DNA of 124,000 bases from Wallemia ichthyophaga EXF-994 (taxonomy: Eukaryota; Fungi; Basidiomycota), in assembly GCF_000400465.1 (NCBI RefSeq), contig NW_008806281.1, positions 20,001-144,000 of the forward strand, given 5' to 3'. How positions within the stretch are numbered: the stretch's first letter is position 1; every line of letters begins with the position of its first letter. This document shows, piece by piece, positions 14,286 through 28,800 of this stretch. The position numbers and the translations under genes are program-made. The notes beneath the pieces are model-generated. The model had not been told where the DNA came from. It made no database searches and saw only the letters and a program-made list of their open reading frames with translations.

Positions 14286-15620
14286 ATGGCCAGCGACATT
14301 GAATTCGATGTTGAGTCGCTAAAGACCAGCCAAATTCCCACGAACCTGCTCGCGATGATGGCAGAGAATGCTCCGTCAGTCGTCGCAGCCAGAAATCCAA
14401 ACGTTTACGCAGGGAAAGGGAAACAAGCACGTAAATGGAAATGGGAATCATTCACGAATCCAGCGAGATCAGATGGACTACAGCTCCGTCACTGGAAGCG
14501 GCTAGATGAATTCGATGAGCCATACCCGTACGCTCGATTCAACACCACGTCCGAGCCATACAGCTACAGCGAGGATGAGTACGACAGAATGCTCCAAGAC
14601 GTAACTTGGTCGAGGGACGAGACGGACTACCTCGTCAAGCTCATACACGAATTCGACGTGAGATGGCCAGTTATCTGGGACCGCTATGAGTGGAGATCCG
14701 GTAGAACTCTCGAGGATCTCAAAGCGAGGTATTTCGACATCTGCCGCAAACTGATCCAGTCGAGAATTTCGAGCGACGAAAGCAGCACAAACCAGCTTCT
14801 CCAAGCTTATCAATTCGACAAAGGTGTGATTTGGTGTATATGTAGTCAGCTAAACCCCCACTAACACACCAAACCAGAGCGCGAAATGATGCGCAAACAA
14901 TACGTCAACTCGCTCTTCGCACGCACACCACAGCAGATCACCGAAGAGGAGGAGCTCTATATAGAAGCGAAGCGGATAGAGCAAGATGAGCGCAAGTGGC
15001 GATGCGAGCGCGACGAGCTAGTGCGCACGGTGTCTATGTCCCGCAACGAGAAGCGCAAGGCTAGTGGAGGAGCTGATATAGCCACATCCACACTCGCTCC
15101 TATGTCGACATCCAACGAAGAGCAACCACACAAACGCACAGCTAAGAGCGCTGCGTATGACGCTCAGCACTATATCACTCGCCCTTCGTCCCACCTCCCG
15201 CTCAAATCCAGCTCTAACATACCGCCCTTCAGTAGAGCTACCAAACTTGCACAGAAGATAACACCGCAGCGCATCAGAGAATGCCTTCAGAGTATGGGGT
15301 TGAGTGATAAGCTGCAGTACCCGACAGCTGCCAATGTCGCTAAATATGAAGGCGTCAAAGAGGCAACGGCGCAGTTGCAAGAAATACGCAGAGCGCATGA
15401 GAGAGTTGCAAATGAATTGCGCCTCGCTAAGGGCATCAGCGTGTCTGCAGACGAACGGGCAACTGCTTCAACACCCGTGGCCAGAGCGGCGTCAGAACAC
15501 CCTACTCCCACCTCCACGCCAAAACCCACAACACCCGCACCGGAGAACAGCATGGGTCTGAGCACAGACTCAAGTGATCCAAACGAGTCCAACGATCTCA
15601 ACAAAAGACGCAAATTGTAA
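14286..15620 (+). CDS. SWC4: SWR1/NuA4 subunit Swc4/Eaf2 (DMAP1)
   Basis: WKWESFTNPARSDGLQLRHW and SANT domain WSRDETDYL...RWPVIWDRY...EDLKARY. Confidence 0.93.
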
Positions 15621-15937
15621 TTGTAATTTATTGTACTCCATATGCATGACTATCTAGATCTGACGATTCTGATAAGGGCGGCTTCCCACTGATAGTGAAT
15701 TGAATAGGCAGTGACGCAACGCACACAAACGCAACAGATTCGGAGAAGATGGGATACTTTCTAGCAACAAAAGAAAGTTTAACAGCCATAGATATCACCT
15801 ATCAATGCTTAAAGATACTTTCGGTGAGAAATTGTCTCTCTTATCTCAGGCACACAACAGCGTTATCAAGATAGTGAGTGATAGAAGAGCCAACTTGAAT
15901 TGGTTTGATTGCCTTAACTAAACACAACGACCACATA

Positions 15938-17700
15938 ATGCAAACGCTTTCATCGTGGCTCAGAGTTGAGCAGTCAATCACAAAGTCAAAAAGAGAGCGA
16001 TGGCTTAGCAACGCGGATCTAGAGCCTGTGAAGTTAGAAAACAGGACGTGGACAAGTATGTCTTTTGTCAACTTCTGGGTCTCAGACAGCATCAACATAA
16101 ATACTCTGATGTTGTGTCAAGCAAACGTTGCGCTTGGACAGACTTGGTGGCAGAGTCTAATTGCAGTTTTCATCGGATATGCCATTACGGCAGTTTTCGT
16201 CATTGCTAGCTCCCGGCCTGGTGCTACTTTTCACTTAACTTTTCCTGTCCTCATTAGACAGTCTTGGGGTATCTTTGGAAGCGTATGGCCCATAATTAAC
16301 AGGGTCGTAATCGCCATTTTGTGGTTCGCAGTCCAGACATACATCGGCGGTAATTGCATACGCGTGATGCTCAGATGCTGGGATCCAAATTGGACGACCT
16401 CTGCGGGGCTCCAAAAGCAGCTAGACACAAATCTCAAGGGTTTTGATATGGTCTGCTTTATCATCTTCTGGTCGCTAATGCTCATACCGACTTACTTCCC
16501 GATTCAAAAAATCAAGCACTTTTTCACGTTCAAGGCTATTGTCGCGCCGCTTGGACTGATTATTTTCTTCGGATGGTCTCTCGGTAGAGCCACTGCAACT
16601 CCATCCCAGGAAGCCACACTTAAAAGTGTCCTCACCAGCCCATCGACGCTCACCTCCTCTGAACAAGGCTGGGAAATGGTCAAAGCGATAGTCAGAGCCA
16701 TCTCCAATGCCGTCACTCTCATCCTCAATATTTCAGACTTGGCTAGTCGAGCTCACGACAAAAAGAATGTAGTCTTTCCGCAGCTCCTCACAGTCCCCCT
16801 CGGATTTTTCATTACGAGTTTCTTCGGAGTAATCATAGCTTCGTGCTATCAAGCCGAGACGGGGATCAAAGAGTGGGATCCTATGGTAATTCTTGACAAC
16901 TTCATCAATCCAGACAGCGCTGCTGTGCGATTCGCGGTGTGGTTTATAGCTTTCTGTCTATGTGTTGCGCAGATGGGCACCAACCAAGCGGCTAATGTTA
17001 TAGCATGCGGATGCGACCTTACCGCATGTCTGCCTTCATACATTAACAACAGAAAAGGCGGCTATATCTGCGTGTTCCTCGGTCTATGTCTCGTGCCTTG
17101 GAGGCTTACAGACGGCGCAACGAGCTTCACCAACTACTTGTCAGGATACTGCGTTTTCCTCTCTGCCATTGCTGGGACTATGCTTTCCGATTACTTTGTC
17201 GTCAGACGCGGACGTGCCAACGTTGCAGACCTGTACAGGGTGGGTTTGACATGTGCTGTCCGGATAATGCTGACTGGAAACAGGCTGAGGGATGGTACAG
17301 CTACACATACGGTGTTAACCTTCGCGCTGTAGCAGCTTACCTCTGCGGTGTCTCGATAAATTTACCAGGCTTTATTGCGTCCACTCCAGGTAACGAAGAA
17401 ATTGTAGGTCGAAGCGCAACACGCATCTATAACCTGTCCTTCTTCACTGGATTTCTAGTCAGCTCGGTGATATACATAGCCATCAGCTACATCTTCCCAC
17501 CTACAGGAGCAGTACCGTTCAATGCACCATTTGAAGAGATTGACTTCAGTGGGTATACGCACGACACTGATTCTATATACGACTTGGAAGTAAATGGTCT
17601 AGGTGGTATGGCGGATGGTGGTATTGCTATTACTACAACCAAGACAGATTCTTCGTCCATCCGTTCCACTCGATCAACCAGGTCAATCGAAAAAGCATAA
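15938..17700 (+). CDS. NCS1-family nucleobase/allantoin permease (Fur4/Dal4-like)
   Basis: WLSNADLEP, NFWVSDS, PW..T..SFTNYLSGY, YGVNLRAVAAY; ~12 TM. Confidence 0.92.
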
Positions 17701-17802
17701 TGGAGCATTATCTTGTCAAATCATCGGACTTTCTCTTCTCAAAGGGTATTATTGTAATCCTACTCTTATATACTTGTAAAACACATTCATCAGTGTAAAT
17801 TT

Positions 17803-19890
17803 CTAAACCAGAGGTCCAACTTGCACGGAATGCCTGCGTTTCTTTTCTGAAATCTTGACCTCTTTCAAAGCCTGCTTCTGTTGTTTTTCAGCACGCTTCT
17901 TGTACCCATTCATCAACTTCGTTATCATATCCGCTGCTTCACCCTTCAGCAAGTCTGTATTGAAACCGCCTTTCAAGCGCTTCGTGAGAGCATCCAGCTG
18001 CGACTTAGTTGCCGGTGCCCTTCTCCACGGTGCGTCTCGACGTATAAGCGCTGCTTTCCCGCGCATCAGCTTCTCAGTCGCTAGCTTATCGCTCGCTCTA
18101 ATAGCCAGCTTGAAGTCGACGTCGTGCACCAGTGTGATTGGTCTTCTGAACGGCGCCAAACCTACTCTTTTGGCATCTTGGAGTGGTACATTTGTTGGCT
18201 TGTGCGACGCCGTGTACTTTCCCTCGCCTGTGTGCTCGATGCGCAAATCTCCCGCCTGCTGACAACTGAGGACATAAAAACCACCCCGGCAATCCACCCA
18301 GGCGTTTTGGGACTGATTGTACACATTATCCGAGTGCTTGTTTTTGAGCGACTCAAAAAGCGCACGCGGATCGTCGAAGTCGGTGAAAGTGATATAGTCC
18401 GCATGTGGTACTATGTTCTGCTCGTTCTCCTCCTTGAAGAGAGGATGTTCGGAGAGATCGTCTGCATTTCATGAGCTATGTTTGTGCACTAAATATCTCT
18501 ACTCACTTTTCACATCACCTTCGACTGCCTTAGAATCGACACGGTCAAACTCAGTCATATCCAGACCTTCAAGTGAAGGCGCAGCGCTTATATCACCGAC
18601 TTTGTCCAAAGATGCGGCCACATCGAGTATTTTACACTCTGTTTTACCTTGCGCGACTCTCATACCCCTACCTATCATCTGACTAAACAAATTTCTTGAG
18701 CGTGTCGGTCTACACAACAAAATGCAGTCAATGTTGGGTATATCTGCACCCTCAGTGAGAACAGCGCAATTGAGGAGAACTGGATATCTGTATTCTTTGA
18801 AGTCCCTCAAGATTTTCACCCGTTCTTTGGGAGGTGTACCGGAGTGTATGAAGCGAGCGTCTATTCCAGCGTCGCGAAAATCAGCAGTAAGGTTGTGGAC
18901 GTGTTTGAGATCAGCACAAAAAATCAACGTCGATCGACGGTCAGAGCACTTGTCGAGGTATGCAGCGAGCACTACTCTCCTCACAGAGGGAGTATTGAGT
19001 ATCGGTGATAGTGAAGTGACAGTGTAATCGTTTGTTCGCTCCGATATTTTGACTTGAGAGAGATCAATGTCTGTTTTGACGGTAGTGAAGGTGACATTCG
19101 ACAGCCAGCGCTCTTTAATCATATCTAGGAAGTCCTTGTGTATTTTTCAGCGTTATATACTCCAAAAGAAAAAAAAGACACTGACCTTATGAAACACAAT
19201 CTCTTCAAATACCTTGCCAAGTGCAAGACTGTCATGTCTAGAGAATGTAGCGGAAAATCCAACAATTGGAACCTTAGATCCAGTAACCGAATCCTGCTCA
19301 CCGTGTATACTTGGATCGAAATGTGCGAGTATATCAACATACGAGCGTGCAGCTGCGTGGTGAGCCTCGTCAACGAGTAGCAACTTGAAATCCGCTGGGT
19401 CATACTTGGACATTCTCCCTGGTCTGATGAGCGTCTGGAATGTAGCAATGGTGACGTCAGCATCGCCCGTCGCAACGCTGGCACTTTGGTCCATTTCGAC
19501 GCTTGCAGAAGGCCAGCCTGAAACGAACGCGTCGTAGGCCTGACTGGCCAATTCGATGCCGTTGACGATGACGAGCACCTTGCCGGGCTTACTCTCACTC
19601 AGTCTTCTCGCCAGCTCGACAAACATTCTAGTCTTGCCTGATCCAGTGGGAGAGGATACGCCTAGCCTGCTTTTGGGATGCTTTGGCCTGTTTAGCGCGT
19701 CCATTACAGATGCAATGGCTGCTTCTTGATACGGGCGCAGTGTGAATTTCTCAGGAATTACGCTAGCGCTGAGTGAGCGTGTGTGTATTTTACAGGGCAA
19801 AGACAATTTCAATGCCATTCTAAGTGCTTGCGGGTATCGCATCTCAAATGGTATGTTGGGTGTGTTGAAATAAGCAGTCTCAAGCATTAG
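17803..19890 (-). CDS. IRC3: Mitochondrial DEAH-type SF2 helicase Irc3-like
   Basis: LRPYQ, SPTGSGKT, DEAHH, GFSAT, RPTRSRNLFSQMIGRG. Confidence 0.88.
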
Positions 19891-19948
19891 AAAGCACTTC
19901 AAAGCATATAAAGAAGATTCTATCTATTTGACATTCAAGTACACTGCT

Positions 19949-22900
19949 TTACTCGCTTGCACTGCCGTCGCTATCCTCAACATCCTCAACATCCAGCGTT
20001 CTCCTCTCAACATCAAAACCCTCCTTTCTCAAGCTCTCCTCCATTCCTTCCACCTTGGATGGCCCAGAAACGATCACAGCGCTGCTAGTGTCGGCGTTGA
20101 ACAGAGGAGCGATGTACCTTCTCAGCACATCCATCACGTCCTCCTTCTTTACTTCCCTGAATTTAGCCAGAAGCTGCTTATTATAATCCTGCGGTACCTG
20201 CTTGAAGATCTGGTTCACGAAGCTGGACAGAGCAGCAGAGCCGATAGTTGCTTCACGCGAAGTCATCGAGAAGCACAGTGAACTTATCGACGACTCAAGC
20301 GTTGTGTCCTCGAGTGTGATACTGCCGTCAACTAACCCCTTAACTACTTTTCCACCCTCTTCATACGCCCTGAACGCATTTGGTGCTTTGTACACAGTGA
20401 ACATCATCAATCCAGATTCTGGGTTTTGCGTTATGGATGCACCATACGCCAACCCTGTTCCTCTAATATAGCGCCAGAGGTATGACTCGAGTGCATTGAG
20501 CGTACCCAATGTGACCATTAATGCTGGAATGTCTGGATGATCATATCCTTCAACACCTTTGGCGGTGTGCACAGAGAATGACGATTCAATCGATGGTAGT
20601 GGGACAACGACTGCCTTCTTTGATGGGTTTTGACCAAGTGGCAACTTAAAGTCCTTCACCCAAGGCACGGATGCGAGTGGCTTGTTGTTCTCCTCTGGGA
20701 AGTACTTGGCCCATGGCTCCTGTGGACGCTCAAGACCCATTACATTTCCAGCAACACTGACGCGTATTCCGTTTGGCTGAACAACACACCTTCTAAATTC
20801 TTCAAGATCGCTAATGACACCCTTTGGATCATCTTCAAGTCTCTTTATGACAGTTGGGTTGAACTCTGACTGCTCGAGAACAGCATTGGCTTGTTGAAGA
20901 CTGTCAAACATGAGTGACGTCGACATTGCCCACACGACAGTATCACCTTCTCTCTTCTGCTCTGGCAGGCCTTGTTGGATCTTAGCAGCAGTTACCTTCA
21001 GTCTCTCGACATCGAATACGCTACCTGTAAGCAAGTCGCTCAACCACTCAATGGAAGCTTCGTAATATTGCTTTTCAACCTTGACAGACACTTGTAATAG
21101 CTCTGCAAATGTCCCTCTCGAACCAAAGTTAATGTCGTGTTCAAGAGTTGTCTCGTCAAGTGAGCGAACAACAGCCTCGTGCGAGAGCATTGTACCGTCG
21201 CGACGCTTGACTGGTAATGAGAAGAAGGTAGAGAGGAATAGCGACGCGTATGGTCTCAGATGCTTTGGAAGTTCGTTGGTTGAGAGGTAAATGCGAATTG
21301 ATGTAAATGATGATTTTCCATGGTCGTATTGGACAAAAATTGGTGGCTTGCTTGGATCAGACTCAATATGCTTACGGAGCTCATTGTTAGTAGGTGAGGT
21401 GATTGATGCCTTTTTGTACTCTTGACGAGCACTCTCTATTGGGATCCAGGAGATTGAGTCTGTCGATGGTACTTCGAATGACTTGATCATGTCTATAGCA
21501 TCTGTTAGCTAAATAATTGGAATTTAAAACCTCTTCACAAACCATCTGGAATTTCTTTATTGTTTTCCACTTGAGCATCATCAAATACCTTCTTGGCCTT
21601 CTTGATACCCTCTTCACCCAAAGACCTGCGCTGTTCATCCAAACGCTTCTGCTCATTCTCTTCAAGTGTCTTTGCGAGCGTGGCTGATGGCTTTCCTTTG
21701 ACATTGATGAATGGTGCATCGATAAAGCTCCTGCGAGTATGTTAAATTAAAAACTTCCTCGTTAGCACTTCAATACCCACTTCTTTAAAAGCTGTGCCCA
21801 ATCGTCAGACGTCCATTGACTTAAAATGTCACATCTCTTCATCTCAGCCAGCGAGTCTTGAAGATCCTTGCCTTCAGCGTCACCGTAGAGATGATCGGCG
21901 ATGAACATATAGGCGAATGCACTTGCAGCTTGTCTCTCAGCCATGTCAAGCAATTTGACGCGGTCTCTCTTGAGAACGAGAGCCATCCTGTCCATATCGA
22001 AACCTTCCTTTACAATGTTGTTAAGAATTTCCATAAGCTTGCCTTCAACGTTGTCAATTTCAGTAGTCGGTACAGAGGCCAAGTTGAAATGTATAGTGTC
22101 GTTGCAAACACGCTCGCGGTTGTATATGTTGATATCTGTGCAGTAAGGGGAAGCAATCTCAACAAGGTGCTTTTGCAATGGTGAAATAGCAGAGTCAGTT
22201 AAATAAGTGCCGAGAATATCGAGTGCCTTAGTGTGCAAGAAGTCGTTAGTCTTCCCACCGACCCACGACAACTCAACTTCACCAACACTTTCATCCTGCT
22301 CTGGGAATTCAGCGACTGCTCTTTCAGTCTTTTGCAACTTGAGGGGTTCTGCTGAAGGAGTTTCGACGAATGGTCTCTTCCAGCCACGTGGCTTGACACC
22401 AATCTCAATACCTCTCTCCTTAGCATCAGAGATGATACGTGGTTCAATTACATTTTGCATAACATCCAAAAGCTTATCGGTTGGAATATCCCCGGTAACC
22501 ACGAGTGAGAGATTATGAGGAGCGTAGTATTTTTTGTGGAAATCGCGCACTTTGTCTGCAGTAAGCACACGAAGAGCCTCCATTCTACCGCCAGTTTCAG
22601 AGCGATAAGCGCTGTTCTTTGGGTAGATGAGACCACGCTGCTTGTCCTCCATCAAATCGAATGGGGAGGTTGATCTACCCTGCATTTCAGAATAGACGAC
22701 GCCAGCATCGTCACCAGACTCGTTTATGTGGTGAATTTCGGTCGTGTAGCCGGCATCAGTGATAGTTGGTCTGAGCAAGTGGTCCATGTAGACGGGGAGC
22801 ATCCTCAAGAAGCCCTCGTATCCAGCGGTTTGGAGAGTGTAAACGGTTTGATCCGTATCAGTCCATGCATTTGTACCTGCTGCAAATGCTCTATTGGCGA

Positions 22901-23216
22901 GAGTGTCGAGAACGCCCTTATACGGGTAGAGTTTAGATCCAAGGAAGACGAGGTGCTCTAAGGTATGTGGACAGCCGCTGTCGTCGAATATTTCAGTGGG
23001 GACGACAAAGTTGGCCTCGCACATTGGGCTCTCGTGCTTGACTTGAGCTACGCTAAGCCCAGTGACTCTGCTCCTCCAGCGCTCAAGATGTACTGGTGCG
23101 TAATCGACACGCTGGCTAAATACTTTATCGTAATTTCCATAAGATTGTGACATTGTAGATGCTGTCCTTGTATTCGTAATTAAGCTTCTAAGTGGATTCC
23201 CTAATCGACGAAGCAT
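19949..23216 (-). CDS. M16-family zinc metallopeptidase (presequence-protease-like, Sdd3/YOL098C type)
   Basis: Inverted zinc motif HTLEHLVFLGS, NAWTD, GVVYSEMQG; C-terminal GLAYGA. Confidence 0.9.
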
Positions 23217-23366
23217 AAACGTCGTCGTCGTTACGGAGCAAGAGGCGATTTGGCAGTGTATACAGGAAGTTTACGTTACATATACGCGAAATGGATTTAG
23301 CCAGCTAAATATCTTGTTGTATTCTGTGGCGTGGCGTAGCGTGACGATAAGATTCTAACCACTCAG

Positions 23367-23979
23367 CTACCTCAGATTAGCAGCTTCCGTGCGAGCTTTA
23401 GCTATAAGCCAGATAGCATCTAGATCGCGCTGCAGTTCCGTATTCCAGCGTTCGGTTCCAAATTCCTGCGTGCCGTTTGTGAGAGTCAGCAAGTGCTCGA
23501 TTTCTGGGACAATCTCAGCGCGAGTGCGGCCATTTACGAAAGTGATGAATCTAAGCTTGGGGAACTTGTTCTCGTATGCGTTGTTGAGTGTGTTCAGTCT
23601 GGAAATCGGGAGATAGCCACTTCAGTCGCGAAAATGGATAAACACACTAAACACACCTTTGTAGAACATTCTCAGGCGTCTTCTGAGCCGCTTGCTCTGC
23701 AGCGCTTAGCGAACTCAGCCCGGAGACTTGTCCGATGCGGGGATGTGAATTGACGAATAGCGCCTTTTCAGCGGAATTCCATGTGTTTACGATATTACTG
23801 GCCGCATCTAAGCATTCTAAGTAGCTGCTGCTGCCTGATTTTATATACTCGCTGAGCTGCGGTACCAGCATCGATCTAAGCGGTGGAGATGGCTCAAGCA
23901 CCACTGACAAGAATACAAGAATATGCTCCTGCCTGCTACGCTCAGTCATATTCACTAACTCACTAAAATCAATCATCAT
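23367..23979 (-). CDS. OHCU decarboxylase (urate degradation)
   Basis: HPRIG, LSAAEQ, then after an intron YENKFPKLRFITFVNGR and IAKAR. Confidence 0.85.
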
Positions 23980-24130
23980 CGTCGATAAGATGCTATGTCC
24001 GGGAATTGAGATAAGCAGGGCTATACGAGCTGTTATCGGCCATGAATCAAGTCCACCGCAGCGGCAATCATTTCAACGGCCAAATCAATCTCTCTTTCTC
24101 TACCACCACCGCCACCACCGCCACCACCAC

Positions 24131-25794
24131 ATGCTTCGCAGCTTACAGCATATCAGACGCTCGAGCAGGCTGGGCTTGCAACTGCGCTCATACGCCAGCA
24201 CTCCAGATCGCAGCACGCACTTTGCTAAGCTCACTCAAGACGATATCCCTTCACTCGCGTCCATCTTCTCTTCACCACACACTTCACTCCTCACAACGCT
24301 CGGCGATAACCCAACAGCGACAAAGGATGATCTCGAGCCATTTAACGTTGATTGGATGGGCAAATACAGAGGCCACTCGTCCATTATCGCGAAGCCAAAG
24401 ACGACGGAGGAAGTGAGCAAGCTTTTGCAGTGGTGCAATCAGCACAACGTTGCTGTAGTTCCACAAGGCGGAAATACTGGCTTGGTTGGTGCGTAAATGA
24501 AATTTCAATCCACACTCGCTCACTTCCCACCAGGTGGTTCAGTCCCTCTGCATGACGAGGTCGTCTTATCACTCTCCTCAATGAACAGCGTCAGGCACTT
24601 TGACTCTCTCTCCGGCTATGTCTCGGTCGATTCTGGCATCGTCCTCGAGAACTTGGATAACTTCCTCGCACAAAAAGGTCACGTCGTTCCACTCGATTTG
24701 GGTGCAAAAGGCTCTTGCCAAATTGGTGGAAACGTTGCCACAAATGCTGGTGGTCTGCGCATGTTGAGATACGGCAGCTTGCACGGAAACGTCCTCGGTC
24801 TCGAGGTTGTTCTCCCAGACGGCAGAATCATTAACGGTATGAAGGGCCTCAAGAAGGATAACACAGGTATTGACCTCAAGCAGCTCTTTATCGGCTCTGA
24901 AGGTGTCCTCGGTGTCGTCACCGGTGTCACTCTTGCCACTCCTGTCAGACCTTCTGCCACAAACGTCGCTGTCTTTGCTTTGCCCGATTACGAATCCGTC
25001 CAGACCGCTTTCTCCTCCGCTAGACGCGATCTTGGTGAGATCCTCTCCGCCTTCGAATTCTTCGATGCTGCCTCGTACAAACTCGTTCGCACCCACGGCC
25101 ATGCTGCCGAACGTAAGACTTTCGAAGACGGTGAAGATGCTCCATTTTTCTGCTTGGTGGAGACCTCTGGCTCAAACAAAGATCACGACGACGAGGTTAG
25201 TCTTGCAAATGATTTTTTCTACTCTAACCAATACACTTTAAGAAACTCGGAGCTTTCTTAGAACAACTTATGGAGTCTGGTATAGTCAATGACGGTGTGC
25301 TCGCACAAGACGAAACTCAGATCGCTCAATTGTGGACCTTGCGTGAAGGTATCCCTGAAGCTGCTGGAAAGGCTGGTCGTGTATATAAATACGACTTGAG
25401 TTTACCAGTCGAGAAAATGTACTCTCTAGTTCCTGAACTTCGCCAGAAACTCGCTGAGCAGGGTCTCCTTGCAGCTGAATCAGAAGGCGGTAATGGAAAT
25501 GGTCCAGTCAAGACAGTCTTTGGTTTCGGTCACTTAGGTGATGGAAATCTCCACATCAACATCGTTGCAGATGCGTACAGATCGGAAGTTGAAAAAGTCG
25601 TCGAGCCTTACATCTACGAATTGGTCGCTAATTACAACGGGTCAATCTCGGCTGAGCACGGCCTTGGATTGATGAAAGCACCTTATGTCTCATACAGTCA
25701 AGACGCTCCCTCACTCGATCTGATGCGCACACTCAAGAAGACACTCGATCCAAAAGGTATCCTCAACCCATACAAGTGTGTCACAGTCGAGTGA
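24131..25794 (+). CDS. DLD2: Mitochondrial D-2-hydroxyglutarate / D-lactate dehydrogenase (FAD-linked)
   Basis: VPQGGNTGLVG, DLGAKGSCQIGGN, GSEG, HLGDGNLH, SAEHG. Confidence 0.93.
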
Positions 25795-25894
25795 ACTATA
25801 TATATAGATTTTATTTTTGTATGTGATTTGATTTTGTTTGTTTAGAAAATAATACAATGCTCGAAATGAGCAAAAAAAAACTAATAAAATCTAA

Positions 25895-28800
25895 TTACCA
25901 TTCAATCTCTTGCTTCAAGAATACATTCTCATTTGTGTTGGAAGTGGCGCCTTTGTCCCTGCTAGCTACTGTCTCCATTTGCGTCTTGTAATCTTGGAGC
26001 CTAGTATTTGCCTCGTTGCTCCGTCTCACCATTTCTATTCTAAGATCATCGTACTTGCGAACAAATTGCTTCCTCAACGCGTCGAATTGGGTAGATTGCG
26101 ATGTTGACATTTGCTCTATCTCAGCCTTGAGTGCGTTGTACTTGTCGTTACTTGCACTGTCAATGCCTGACATCTCGTGTGATTTTTTCTGTGGTTCACC
26201 TATTCTACTCAAGTGGGTCTTGAGATTTTCTATATCTTTCACTATTCCTTTTTCGGTCCATGCGTGTTGGTCAACAATCTGCTTGAGACCGGCAAACTTT
26301 GTTTCCAATTCTCTATTCGAGTTTCTCAGACTAGATTTTACAGTTTCTTCGAAATTCCGTATAAAGTCATTATGGCGGTGTAGGCGAACATGAATACTGT
26401 CGACAGCTTCTTTTTGCTTCCAGCTATCTTTTTTGGAATTATCTTCGACTTCTTTCAGCCTCGCTTCAAATCTTTGTTTATCTTTTACTTTTTCTGCCGT
26501 CTCGCGTGTCTCTCTAGCTTTATGAACCTCAGATGCGTCTTCTTTCTCCTTCTCTAACTTATTCTCAAAGCGCTTAACTTCTTGAAGGATGCCCTCTATA
26601 CCTTGCGTTGGCTGTGTATTCGAAGAATTTCTTGCCTGAGCTATACCTTCGTTGACCTTATTTTCGAACTCTACAAAACGAAGCGTAGATGATGTCAGGT
26701 AGCTGTCCACCTTGATAGACAGCAGCTGAGTTTCTTTCTTCGATTCCATAGTATCATGTCGATATTCTTCTATGCTCTTCTGTAGGTCCTTTTCTAAAGC
26801 TTTCTCCTTGCTGATTTTCTCCTCGTTGCTCTTGAGAGCCTCAATACTTTTAGTAAGCTCGGCGTAATGATTCTTTGCTAACAGTTGCTCTTCATTTACT
26901 CGCTGTAAAGCAGCCTCTCCCGAAGTAGAAATTTTTGACTCCAATTCTATCATTTTCGCTTCACGTTGAGCATCTTTTCGCTTGAGATCCAAGATGGTCT
27001 GTTGAAGCTCTTCATTGCGGGTAGTAGATTTCGTGAGCATGTTCATCATGTCAACTTGCGCACTGAAAAGTTTCATCATTTCAACTTGATTGACGCCAGG
27101 TGATTCCATCCTTTCTTTGCTCTGAGGCTGAGATGCTCTGTCATGCCCCTGATCAGTACCATTTTGCCCCGGCTTAGGAGGCTATGGAGCTGTTAGTTAA
27201 AAGAATAGATATGCGCACGCTCACCAAATCAAATCTTTCACTGTTATTGACGCCTTTATTCTTGTCGTCTGCTTCCTCCTTTGACGCCTGTTTCTTTATA
27301 TTGTCTCCCTCATTAGCGGATCGATCGATAGTGACAGAGGAAGCTTCATGGCGAGGTTTGTTAGAAAGAACTTCTGCGCGCATTTGCTTTCCATTAGCAT
27401 CATTGCCATGCTGTCGCTTAAGGCGCTTGATGTGATCGTCTCTCTCTCTACCTACATTCTCTTCAGCGACCTTTGCTTTCAGATCGTCTGTCTGCTTCTT
27501 TGCTAACTCCGATTCCATAGCTTTAGCCTTCCTGGCGGCTTCGGCTTTCTTGGTCTCGATGACTTGCTGAGCTGCTTCCTGTCTCTCGATTTCCTCCTGC
27601 TTTTTCATTTCTTCATCTCTCCTAGCCTGTCGTACTTCGTCCTTCTGCTTGACTTGCTGTTCAAATCGGAAGTCTTCTTGTCTCTTGGCTTCTTCCTTTC
27701 TCTTAGCCTCCTCTTTCCGTTTAGCTTCTTCTTTTCTCTCAGCTGCTACAGTCTCTTCCTTTCTCTTAAGTGCTACCGCTTCCTCATTTACTTTAGCTGC
27801 TGCTTCTTGTCTGCTGGTGAATTCTTGTTGTCTACTTTCTACCTCTTGATTTAACTGATCCAGAGCTGTCTGATGTTTTGCTTTACCTGACTTCTTGTCG
27901 GCACTATGTTTTTCATTTCGTATCGCTATTTTACTATTAGTGTCTTCAACTTTCCTGGCAATGCTGCGTCTTGCTTCATCATCCTCTCCCTCCGTAACAG
28001 CACTTGGTCGCTTCTTGGAAAATGAAGGAAGGGGTTGAGATTTTCGACGATCGTGTTGAGGGGTGTGTTTTGTATTTTCAGGTGCAGCAACTGAGGAATG
28101 CTTCAGAGGCTCGCTTCTACGCGTATGTTGTTTCTTCTTATTGGCAGGTAGTGAGCTCTTATCGCCATTAGATTCCTCAGACTCAGAGTCCTCGATCCTC
28201 GATCGTTTGAAAGGTTTCTGTGAATGAGCTCGACTTGAAGAGTGGTGGTGACTTGGTCGCGTGGTATGCTCGACTATTTGTACATCGTCTGAATCTGAAC
28301 CAGAGCTTTGAAGGAGGTTGGCTGTGTTTTGCTTGTCAGAATATCCACTTTAAATATGCACGCATACACTTACATTCCTTGCCTCGTGTGAGATTGTTAG
28401 TTACCTCCTCCTCGGAATTGCTTTCAGCAGCACCCTGGATTTGCGCAGGCTGCGATATTCTCTTTGCATTCTCCACATACTGCTGAATCATTTTGCTCTT
28501 TGATGTTTTACCCTTGTTTGAGCTGGAGCTATTGGAGGGTGATTTGGACTTTTTGGTAGATTTAGGGGGCTTCTTATCGATTTGGGAAGGCTTATTGGAA
28601 TTGGGTGTGGATGTGGAACCGGTTCCAGGCTCAGCCAAGTCGTCCTCGTCTGAACTTGAGTCAAGGACTATCGATTGACGTCTTTTAAGTGTATGCATAG
28701 GCGTAGGTGATGCTTTTGTACCAAATCCCGCTATTACATTTGATTGCTTTTGCTTTCCTTGCTTCTCGCTTGATTTGGAAACATTCTGATTGCTATCACC

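Noticed and set aside
15938-23979. Purine-catabolism cluster (NCS1 permease plus OHCU decarboxylase)
   Set aside because: Separated by an unrelated helicase and peptidase; no uricase or allantoinase nearby.
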